Part shown: piece after piece, positions 1-10,243 of the stretch
How positions within the stretch are numbered: the first letter of the stretch is position 1
How the letters are laid out: each line of letters opens with the position of its first letter
Assembly: GCF_006345805.1 (NCBI RefSeq)
Contig: NC_043003.1
Span: 48,174,001 to 48,238,000, forward strand
Reading direction: 5' to 3'
Length of the DNA stretch: 64,000 nt
Source of the DNA: Octopus sinensis
Taxonomy: Eukaryota
Made by a program: the position numbers and the translations under genes
The notes under the pieces: generated by a model
What the model was told of the DNA's origin: nothing
Database searches by the model: none
The model's input: the letters and a program-made list of their open reading frames with translations, nothing else

Positions 1-58
1 TACCCTGAGATTATTCCTAATATGTCTCTCAAACAGTGAGGATATCAGTTACGTTACA
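1..58. mobile_element. Terminal fragment of an LTR related to the solo LTR at 44947-46081
   Basis: TCTCAAACAGTGAGGATATCA occurs here and at about 46046-46066, both shortly before a ...TACA terminus. Confidence 0.5.
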
Positions 59-62
59 TGTG

Positions 63-643
63 TGTAAAAACAGTCGGAAAGCCTACGAGGTAACGAGAGC
101 TATATTTTCTTGTAAAAGGGTAGATACCGTTGGACTTACATATTCCAATATTCCCTGTCGTTCTAGCAGCAGTAACTAAATAGATCAAGTGATGTTGTTG
201 AAACGAAAATGGACAAGGCAACTGTATCACTGTGGATACCATAGCTGTCTTTCTATGACGTTCTGTTGAGATAGTATTTCGCAGCGGTCGGCCTGCTCTC
301 TGTCGGTCGCTCTCACCTACTGCCTTTTCTTTACAAAATGTTGGTATTTATAATTGTGCAGACTAGCTACGAAAATGGATATACCATTATAACAATGGTT
401 AAATTAACGTAGGTCAAACTTTGTTTAAACTTTCGATGGTATAACAAGATCCTGGGTCAAACAGAAAACGCATTAATCAGCGCTCTTTTTTGACAGGACA
501 ATGGGAGAATATCCAGATTCGGTTTCGAATCTCAGGCAGGTAGGACTAATTGAGGTCCCAAATATGCATAGTTGAGCGTTTTATGGACGCCAAATTCCTG
601 GGTAATCCTATGAACCGGACATAGCTATCTTTATCTTAATACA
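63..643 (-). mobile_element. Possible solo LTR
   Basis: TGT...ACA ends, GC-richer than flanks, minus-strand TATAAATACC box near 345. No matching TSD found. Confidence 0.25.
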
Positions 644-661
644 CACACGCGCGCGCGTACA

Positions 662-1920
662 TGTATACAACCCTTTATCCGGAAACCTTGAAAACAGTTG
701 TGTTTTGAATTTCGGATTTTCTCAAATTTCATAACAATAGCCAGCTGCTCCAGATTGTAAACTAGACATAAAAACAGACGTCCTACTAATGTAGCAAAAG
801 CACAGCGAGTAAAATGAAATTACAAATATTATTACAGTTTATTTATAGAGTAATATACTAATAAATGAAATACTGAGATAATTAAGATCACAAATAACAA
901 AACACATATAGTAGGGTAATTTAAAAGAAAGATACACGATCCACATATACAGGTTTACGCATTATCATAACATTTCTGTAGAGAGACACATAAGAATCCA
1001 CACTAATTTGAATAAAGAAAGACTACAAATGTTAGTATACTTTATTTATATATTAGAGCCATAAATTGGTTTAAACTAGGCTAAATATGTAGCTGCAGTT
1101 AAGTTGTAGAACAGGGTCCATCAGTGTCACCAACGTCGTCATCAGGCTGCAGACAAACTTCCGACGTCAGGCCAGGAACGGGATTTTCGAGTAACACTAC
1201 GAGAGAGAGCATTTTAAAAGACTTCTTCAAGTGTCAGCTGTCTCATTAGCATAGGTTTCTGTCTAAGCCAATGTCTCCTTGAGTAAACTCTCATAATCTG
1301 ATGCTCACGTATAAATGCACATTGCTCAAGACTAGCTATTAACTGATCACAAATTTTCATCATATCGTCTATAGGAATTTTTTCACCTGTGTCATTATCA
1401 CTACTGTCTTCATTCTTATCCGTATTTAACACCATTTCATCAGTTTCTCCTTCATTGAATGAATGCACAATAGATGCATCATTGTCAATGTCCGCTTCTT
1501 CTAGTTCATTTACACTTCCGCACGATAAACTTTGAGCGTAGTTACAAGTTTTGATATCATCTCATTGGTGACGTGAAATACTCCGAACACGTTATCTATA
1601 GGGTCGTTTTCATCAAGCATCATTATAGGCCAAGCTCTGTGCCAAGCATTTGTTACTGTTGATTTATCAACATCATTTCAAACACTTGCAACTACGTAGA
1701 TGTTATCCTTAACTATAAACTCTTTCAAGTAGTCTTGCATTCTTACTTTGTTTATTACATCTAGCATACAGTTCAGAAAATGATTTTTATAGTTGCTCTT
1801 CATGGAGCGTAAAATTCCTTGGTCTTGTGACCAAGGAATTTTACGCTGTAAAACAGGTATCACATTGAGAGACAAACAAATACCGAAAACATTACTTTTC
1901 ACAAGATGCTCGGTATATAT
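662..1920 (-). mobile_element. Decayed Tc1/mariner Tigger/pogo-type (Jerky/CENP-B-like) transposon
   Basis: Minus ORFs 1678-1902 (DQGILRSMKSNYKNHFL...IVKDNIYVVAS) and 1214-1468 (IPIDDMMKICDQLIASLEQCAFI...RQKPMLMRQLTLEEVF) resemble Tigger/Jerky transposase DDE end and C-terminus. 662-730 resembles a Tigger terminal repeat (CCTTTATCCGGAAA...TTTCGGATTTT). Confidence 0.75.
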
Positions 1921-1940
1921 ACTGTATATATATATATATA

Positions 1941-2232
1941 TATAAATCGAAGAATACAGTATTATACATCAATTAAGGCTGATCTTGATAATTGGTTTCG
2001 TACTAAGGGTTGAACGGAGTGTCGGGTAACAGTCCGATTATGTAATCCTATGCTCTTCAGATGTAGCCGTTATAGAATGAAATGTGGCGTTCATTCCATC
2101 ACGGCTATCTCTGAAGAGCGCAGAGTTACCTAATCGGATTGTCACCTAACACTCCGTTGAAAACTTAGTGCGGAACCGATTTGTAAGCTCGGGTCTAACG
2201 AATATATAATACTGTGCATTTCGATTAATATA
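1941..2232. repeat. About 290-bp imperfect palindrome (two inverted arms of about 140 bp, 8-nt loop), probably inverted PLE-type termini
   Basis: Arms pair from TAGAATGAA/TTCATTCCA outward to AAATCGAAGAATACAGTATTATA/TATAATACTGTGCATTTCGATT. (TA)n on both sides. Each arm carries CTGAAGA. Confidence 0.85.
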
Positions 2233-2292
2233 CGCACTCTACTGACAGATATACGAGTGCATTTTTTCCTGACTTCTGGACCCTTAGACGGC

Positions 2293-2341
<49 letters not shown>

Positions 2342-2343
2342 GG

Positions 2344-2379
<36 letters not shown>

Positions 2380-2419
2380 GCGCACACATATATTTATATA
2401 TTAGAGAGTAAAAATAGAA

Positions 2420-2525
2420 GTTATGTGAATCGTTGGTGATTTATTTCCTCCGTCTTCCTTTTCTCATTGACTTTGCCTCGTCTCCTGTTTCTGACGAAAC
2501 GTAAAACCACCTATCTTTCCTTCCC
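2420..2525 (+). mobile_element. PLE-type terminal fragment, same family as 49485-49690
   Basis: CGTTGGTGATTTATTTCCTCCGTCTTCC...CCTGTTTCTGACGAAACGTAAAAC aligns with 49491-49580. Next to (TA)n. Confidence 0.65.
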
Positions 2526-2619
2526 TCTTGTTGTTGTTGTTTCTGAAGCAGAAATAATTCTTAAAGCGTCACTAGGTCTTTAAAATGTTTCTGTTTTATT
2601 TTGTTGCCAATACCATGCA

Positions 2620-2830
2620 TATGAGGGACGGAGAATATTGTGGCGGAAGAGTGTCAGTTAAATGGGCTAATGTTCTAACCTCAGCCTGTCTCTACCTGAT
2701 GAATTATCACCAATGGCAGTCGGAAACCTGAACATAAGCCTGCTCAGCCCGCCAAGAATATAACGCATCGCTTGAGCCAAGAATCAAAACTAGGACCAAC
2801 ACTATTACAACTGGGACACGCGCCTTCACT
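2620..2830 (-). mobile_element. Diverged tRNA-head SINE
   Basis: Minus strand begins GTGAAGGCGCGTGTCCCAGTTG, like the SINE head at 38375-38527. Confidence 0.4.
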
Positions 2831-4507
2831 TTATTTATATTTGACTACGTGTATTTCATTAAAACATTTATTGAATCCAAATTTTGGCACCAGGTTAGGT
2901 TTTGTTTGAATCACCGCTTCAATATATTTCAAGCACAAAGGCCCATCAATAAAAGTTATTTAACTTTACTTTTTTGCATTGTTAGAAGCTGTCTGTCTGT
3001 CATTATTTGTAATTTTACTTCTGTATTACAATGCTTCAAGCAAACTACGACACTCTTTTTATTTTTTTGTTGTTATAGACACTTCTGGAAATTTTTGTTC
3101 ACAACAATAAGTGGATGGAAATTGCAAAAGGCTCTTCACACATTTTCGTGATGTAAGTTACTTCTAAATTCCATTGCTATGATTACTTCTAAATTCCATT
3201 GTTGCTACAAACCTCGCGTATCCCAGCAACTTTTCTAGCGCACTACTTAAAGTGTTAAAAATATATATTATTACCTGTCGGTATTAATATTGCCTTTGAG
3301 GCTAATATTTATTAAATATTTGTTGTCTTATGTAAAGTATGAGAGGAGAAATGAAATAGCAGTAACTAAATATAAATTTGTTAAAATAAGAATTATGAAG
3401 AAAACTGGAACTCCACCCTAGAAAATATATAGTTCCCTTTTTTGAAAGGTGAAACTCGAAACCGATAAAGTTACAAATAATGTCGTATGGGCAGCGTTCG
3501 ACTTTTTCTATCGAAATAAATGGCTTTCTTTTTTACCCAATATTAACACGATTTTGTTAACCTTATCTGCTTCGAGTCTCACCGTTTCTAAACAAAATTA
3601 TTTCACACTCTGTCGAAGTGTATATATCCTTATGATGTAAATAACTTACAATTCTCATTTTTTTCTTTATTCAAGATATGAACCGGGATATAATTTACGA
3701 AAGAAAAAGAAACAGAAAGAAAATCAAAAACGGGGGATAAAGAAAAAAAACATCAATGCAACTCCAAGCGCTTCAATTGGTCGCACATCACATGGTTCAA
3801 CGGAACCTACTGAAGCAAGTTAGGACGCTCGCGACATTACCACGGGCAGTGACGAGGTTAAGGCGTTGGAAAAACCAAGCATCCTCATGAGCATCAGCTG
3901 CCGCCACGATGATGCGAGCTGTCAACGATTACAAGAACTTCGAAGTTAGTGGCCCAGTCGCTCAAACGTCTCAAACATCACATTTTGGAAAAGATTCACT
4001 GTCAGGTCCCTATACTTCAGGGTTTAGTTCTGTTCGGCTACGGAAGCAGTGACCTTTCCATTTACCGCGGCATCCAGGATGTGGGAGGGAGCAAAAAAAA
4101 ATTCTCACTGATAAGAATAAAGCTTCTAAACGCAAGGAGATATTCGAAGGATTACTTTGGTCCAATGGTAGCACGTCGATCATGCTTATAAAAGATGTGG
4201 GTTCGTACCTCACGGGCAGCCTGACAACTTACTCTGTTCAAAGAGGTTTTTTTAATGCAATATTTATATATTTATATGTTGTTATTTATAGCTTTATCTG
4301 CTTCAATTCCATCGTTCTTAAACAAAATTATTTCACTTTCTATCAATGTTTATAATTTCTTATGGCATCAAAAACCAAATAAATAGATTGAGTTAACAAG
4401 TATTACAAAGCAAACTATAAAAAGGGAGAGGAGGAGAAAAATATGTCACAAAAAATGTTCGAGAGGTGCGACATGAATCAAGTTTAAGAATATGTGTTCC
4501 CCTGTAA

Positions 4508-4625
4508 GGCGACGGGCTGACCGAATCGTTAGCACGTCAAGCAAAATGTGTAATGGCATTCCGTCCGTTTTGAGTTCAAATTCCGCCGAGGTCGACTTTA
4601 CCTTTCTTAGCTTTTTGCTGAATTC
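4508..4625 (+). mobile_element. SINE family B fragment
   Basis: GGCGACGGGCTGACCGAATCGTTAGCACG...GAGTTCAAATTCCGCCGAGGTCGACTTT matches other family B copies. Confidence 0.75.
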
Positions 4626-5004
4626 ACAAACTGACTGGTGGGAATAAAATGACCTGTTAATTTTCATCTCTGTTCATATATATATATACACACATGTATG
4701 TATGTGTGTGTTACCAGTACCATAAATCTCTCTCAGTCTATCTATCTATCTATCTCTTTCTCTTCTTTCGCTAACGCCACCCCTTACTTCCACTCCATTT
4801 CAGCCCATTCCACACTCAATTCTTTCGTCCCTCACCCCACCCCAACGCCATTTATTGTTCCATCAACACTCTGCAGCACCACATTTTTCTTGTGTACCTA
4901 GATTTTTATCGCCAGAGATAAATAAGTCAATAGTTTTAGACCCCCGCATACATAAGTGTGTCTCCAGTTTATTTCTCCATAGGGAATTAAGATGGCATTA
5001 CTTT

Positions 5005-5694
5005 CAGAGATCTTTTCCTTTTGAACGGCAGATGTCAACACAATTTCTAGTTAACTAAACACTTTTAGACTTCGTATACTGGTAGAATGTGTTTATAAAA
5101 CATAATTTTTTCTTGGCTTTATTGAGAAAATTCTATAGTTTGTAAGATATTTCGTCCAAAATTTCGAGCATTTCGGCAATTTTAACCAATTTGGGGCGAA
5201 AAGATTCCGTGCTGTATGAATATGTCCCTTGTTTAAGAAACAGATTGGGTTTATTTACATTTGCGAAGAAAAAGACACAACAATAACACACACACACAAC
5301 AAACACACACACGCACACACATACACAACAATAACACACACACACACACACACACACAACAAACACACACACACACATACACAACAAAAACACACACAGG
5401 TAATCGTTCTGTAAGTCAGGGATGGCATTGAAATAAACATGCGAGAAGCCTTTGAAGACAGAAAACAGAAGACAGTGATAAGGAAGAATAACACGGCAGC
5501 AAATGAATTGAGCCCAAAACAGAGAATACGATTGGTTAAAATTCGAAGAATTAAACTACGTAAAAGTTACAAAATACATTTTTCTCAAAAAAACTAATTG
5601 AAATTAATGTTTTCTTTTGACATATTCTACCAGTATACGAAGTTTCAAATTATTTAGTTAAGTAGAAAATTCTGTTCATCTTTTAGAAAAGATC
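5005..5694. mobile_element. Decayed member of the GGATCTTTT-ended MITE family, with an internal (AC)n expansion
   Basis: GATCTTTTCCTTTGAACGGCAG start, AAAAGATCC end, internal CTTCGTATACTGGTAGAATGTG shared with 28921-29339. Confidence 0.7.
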
Positions 5695-6384
5695 CCGCAC
5701 AAGTGTTGCAAAATAAGTTTGATTACCAATAAACATTAGCTTGGATGACACTTTACTCAACCGACAGAGGAGGGTGACCGATCGATTTTCTGCCTATTCT
5801 AGTCGGAACATTTGATACGGAGTATCGAAATTTTAACCCCTTTCACACTTATAAAATGTCAGACAAACTTAAAATTTTTGTCATTACAGTTTTAGCCGGG
5901 AGTCCAAACTTATTAGTCAAATTCACCCTTTTAGGTAAGCAAACATAAGCAGTGAAAATACAAATTGCAAGTACTTCATCGGTGGGACACTACATGACGA
6001 AAACTAGCAAAAAAGAATAGTGATGCTTGTGTTTCAAAGGTACAACGAGAGGGTTCAGGCGAAGGGTAGGAAGATGGGATTGAAGGGAAGAAAGATAGAG
6101 GGAAAGAAAGGAATGAAAAGTGAAAAGATAAAACAAATTGGGGTCTGAAGTGAATGCTTGGCAGGAGGTGAAAAAATACGTCTTACCTAGGCACTGATCA
6201 AGTAGAAAAAGGATGGGTAGCAAAAAAAAAAAAAAAAAATTGGATAGTCTTTTAGTACCAAAAAGTGAGGGAAGAGAGACAAACAGAGTAGAGGAGGTTG
6301 GAGAAGAGCAGGTAGGGAGAAAGAGGGAAATAATGATAGATTGTAGACAGTTGACAGAGATGGACAGTGAAAGAAATGGAGGTG

Positions 6385-6660
6385 ATTCCATTGGTCACAA
6401 CTGCCTGTCTTCTATCTTTTAGGAAGTTGTGCAGCCACTCTCCAAGTTTTCCGCCTATGCCGAGACCACGCAGTTTGTGACAAATCATACAGTGGTCGAC
6501 TTTATCAAAAGGCTTTTGCAAAGTCGAGATATATTACATCCACATTTGAGCTATTTAGTAGCTGTTTTAACACCCAGTCATAGTGTTGCAGGAGCTGTGT
6601 TAGGTAGCTTCTGCCTGGTCGAAATCCATGCTGGGTGTCAGACAGCAAGTCATTTTCTTC
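6385..6660 (-). mobile_element. CR1/L2-clade LINE reverse transcriptase fragment
   Basis: Minus translation QHGFRPGRSYLTQLL...VDVIYLDFAKAFDKVDH...LGIGGKLGEWLHNFLKDRRQAV is the conserved RT N-terminal block. Confidence 0.9.
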
Positions 6661-6662
6661 AT

Positions 6663-6693
<31 letters not shown>

Positions 6694-6698
6694 TATAC

Positions 6699-6751
<53 letters not shown>

Positions 6752-6753
<2 letters not shown>

Positions 6754-7439
6754 AGAGTAAACACATAAATGTGAAACAAGGTGGAAAAAAGAGTACTCAA
6801 ATACCAGTGGTAGAGTAATATGCTTTATTTTAAGCAGCAGAAAATTCAACAAAATCTGTTACTCTGAGTTTCTCGTTGCCGTTCATCAGACAGTTTTTGC
6901 TAGAATGGAACTGATATATCAATTCAATCTATACTCTTACAAACGCTACACCTTTAAAAAGAAATGGACTTGTTTGATTGGCCCTTTAGAAAAAATGGTC
7001 AATCTTCGAGCGATAAACAAAAAGGTCAAAAATATATGTATATATATATAAAAACTTATAAAAAATTATAAAAATTATAAAAATTATAAAATCCGAGGAA
7101 AAAACAGGTTTAATTTCTATGCATTAATTTGCACTGTCTTCATTAACGTCAATAGGTTTTTTCCTCGGATTTTATAATTTTTATAATTTTTATAATTTTT
7201 TATAAGTTTTTATATATATATACATATATTTTTGACCTTTTTTGTTTATCGCTCGAAGATTGACCATTTTTTCTAAAGGGCCAATCAAACAAGTCCATTT
7301 CTTTTTAAAGGTGTAGCGTTTGTAAGAGTATAGATTGAATTGATATATCAGTTCCATTCTAGCAAAAACTGTCTGATGAACGGCAACGAGAAACTCAGAG
7401 TAACAGATTTTGTTGAATTTTCTGCTGCTTAAAATAAAG
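6752..7439. repeat. Near-perfect 283/284-bp inverted duplication (6823-7105 / 7156-7439, 50-bp spacer) of a PLE-type terminus
   Basis: By eye the arms are identical except for one homopolymer length (A5 vs T6). Bounded by (TA)n. Each arm has a degenerate CTGATGA...GAAAC motif. Confidence 0.9.
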
Positions 7440-7471
<32 letters not shown>

Positions 7472-7639
7472 CATATATATATAAAAACCAGCTTAGAGAA
7501 GAAGAAACGAAACGAATCGAATCGAATCGACGCGAGGGCGCTCAGTCATACAATAGTGTAATAAATAAAATATATGCATACATACAAACATATATGTACG
7601 TACCTACATCTACATGTATATATACATGCATATATAAAT

Positions 7640-7830
7640 ATATATACGTGAGTACAGGACACCACAAATAGACGTAGAACTCAACGAGAAACGAAAAAGT
7701 AAAAACAGCATGGAACGGACCATTTTTTTAACAACGAAAAAACAGAGTACAAGACAACTACACAAGGAAAAATCCCCTTCATCAGCTGTCCCTAGTTCAA
7801 CTCTAGCGTGTTTTGAAGGTGAGGATAGAA
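7640..7830 (-). mobile_element. PLE-type terminal fragment related to 60410-60545
   Basis: Both start GTACAGGA and end ...CCCTTCATCAG(C/T)TGTC. Both lie in microsatellite DNA. Confidence 0.5.
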
Positions 7831-7890
7831 TATACACACACACAGACACACACACACACACACACCACACACACACACACACACATATAT

Positions 7891-8145
7891 AAATTTAATT
7901 TGACAAAATACTTTCGTCACCTAATTACTGACTAAATTCCGTGCTGCATCTCAGAATTTTGCCAGTGATCAGGTCGCGGTCTCAAAACGACGAAAATATT
8001 TTGGCAAATTAAATTTAAATGTTGAAGTGAATCTAACGGTTTTTGTGTTTTTAAATGGCGCATAAACACCTTCCACGCTGCAATTGTTTTTGTTTCAGCA
8101 CATGATCTCAGATCAGGTCACTTGCTATGCAAATACATCTCTGCA
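7891..8145 (+). mobile_element. PLE-type terminus with a short inverted 5' copy
   Basis: 28-bp inverted repeat 7891-7918 / 7989-8016 (2 mismatches), hammerhead-like fold inside, (TA)n or (CA)n on both sides. Confidence 0.55.
7958..8008 (+). ncRNA. Candidate type I hammerhead ribozyme with G3:C8 core variant
   Basis: Stem I TTTGCCA/TGGCAAA; core GTGATCA (7965-7971); extra purine; stem II GTCG/CGAC; GAAA (7992-7995); palindromic stem III AATATT; UH site at 8000-8001. Confidence 0.55.
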
Positions 8146-8240
<95 letters not shown>

Positions 8241-8344
8241 TACATACATACATACATACATACATACATACATACATACGTATGTATGTATATATATATA
8301 TATATATACTTTTAAGTTTTTAACTTTACAAATTAAGTCTTTTT

Positions 8345-10209
8345 ACAATTTAACATTTTTTAAATTGCCGATTGCCCAAGGATGTCCCCTATGTGGCGAC
8401 CACCGTGGTCGGCCAGCAACAGGTCCTACCTGGGGATGACGGCACACTAGTTGGATCCTAAGATCCGCACGAACCAACACGCCGTCCTGAACTGCTCTCG
8501 GCTCAGAGGACATCACACCGTTGATGTTCTCGCCCATGCCATGGTGGACACCCGTTACAAGTTCCATCTGCAAAACAAGGTGACCAGAACCACAACGGAC
8601 AACGGCAAAAACTTTGTCAAGGCGTTTATGCAGTTTGATACAGAAGTTGAACTCTTGCCAGACATTCATGAGGCTGCGGCCGATCCGGCCGTGGAGGGTG
8701 TGGACCTGGACTTGGATCTTGAGGCTGGGGATGCGGACGAAGCTGAGTACATCTCTGTTGATGCCGTCTTTGACGAGTCCAGTGGCCTGGGCCACAACCT
8801 GCCAATGCACATGAAGCGTGCAGCCCATACCTTCTGCTTGGTAGCCAGCGAGATGCCGACAAGGCTCTTGACAGCGCTTCGTTCAAGTCAACCTACTGAA
8901 AGGCCATGTCCAAGGCACAGCAACTGTGGAATCTGCAGATTTGCAGCACGGTGGCGACAAACAACATTCTGGATGCGTTGAAGTGAAGGCTGGTAGTCCC
9001 TATCTGTACCAGTTGGAACTCTGTCTATGGCTTTGATGTTGTCATCAACAACATGCTGGAGAAGAATAGGGGAGCTATCCACAGAGTGATGACATAGCTG
9101 AAGCTGCAGACCTTCACTGATACTGATGTCGGCTTCCTGACGGAGTACGCCCAAGTGATGTCTAATGTTGCCAAGGATAAAATCCAGGGAGAGGACCAGG
9201 CCTATTTCGGGAGCTTCCTGCCAACTGTAGCGGCTACCATCATGAAGTTGAAGGAGGCCAAGTTTAAATATCTCCTGTACTGCAGTCTTCTAGCAGATGC
9301 GATACTGGCAGGCATCACGAAAAGGTTTGGGCTCCTCCTAGAAGACCTGGAATGCCAGCTGGCAGTTACTTTCCACCCCAAGTTTTACCTGTTCTGGCTG
9401 GAGCAATAAAATAACAGCCGAGTTAGCAGAGTAACGAACGACATGGAGACTGTCGTAGAGACAGTCCTAATGGAGACCAATGAGGAGTGCAGCGGCACCA
9501 CCAGCAATGAGAACGAGGAAGATGATATCTTCAGCAACCTCACTCGGTTCCAGGAGAGCAGGATTCACAGGTCACTGAAGTCCAAGGCGCAGAACTTGGT
9601 AAAGACCTGGATAGAAACCGTCTCGAAGGAGGTCCTAACTGAAGTAACTTTTTTGAGTGAGCAGGTCTTGATCAACCTGTTCACCAAGTATAACACTGCC
9701 ATCCCATCCAGTGTTGCTGTTGAGCGCCTATTCTCTATAAGCAAAAATATTTTGAGGGCCAAGAGAGCAACCCTGTCAGATGATAACTTTAAGAGGCTGA
9801 TGTTTATAAAGGGCAACCAGTATCACGCCGAGGCAATGGAGAAGGCCCAGCCAGAGTAGTACATCTTGATCATCATCTGATCTTGGCATAATACCTACGC
9901 TATACTATACCTTTTTGACTCGATTAATACATTTTGTACAGTAAATAAAGTGTATGTTGACTGAAAAACTAAAGTTAAATTTCATTTGTTCATTTAATTA
10001 TTTGCGTACGCCTTGATCATCATCTGATCTTGGCACGCTATAGCTTTTTGGAAAGCTTTATTTTCTAAGCTACAACATGAAGACTTCAGCTCTCTAGGTC
10101 TGTTTTTAAGGGGTTTAGAGCCCAAAAATCAAACCAAAGCTAAATTCATATAATAAAAGTTAGCGGTTATCAGTGTTAGTTTCCGCAAATTTTTTTACTT
10201 GTTTAGTGG

Positions 10210-10210
<1 letters not shown>
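8345..10210 (+). mobile_element. 5'-truncated, frameshifted hAT (Ac-like) transposase
   Basis: LGMTAH, TTTDNGKNFVKAF (catalytic D), MKRAAHTFCLVAS (CxxH-equivalent) and KYNTAIPSSVAVERLFS...RATLSDDNFKRLMFIKGN (hAT dimerisation domain) across ORFs 8451-8981, 9155-9409 and 9443-9859. No TIR found. Confidence 0.9.

Positions 10211-10239
<29 letters not shown>

Positions 10240-10243
<4 letters not shown>

Noticed and set aside
1941-2232. Pre-miRNA hairpin
   Set aside because: The stem is about twice a normal pre-miRNA length, and inverted repeat termini in (TA)n explain it better. Small RNA data would be needed.
2696-2730. CTGATGA...GAAAC as a hammerhead
   Set aside because: No stem II pairing, no stem I and no UH site; it lies antisense within a SINE.
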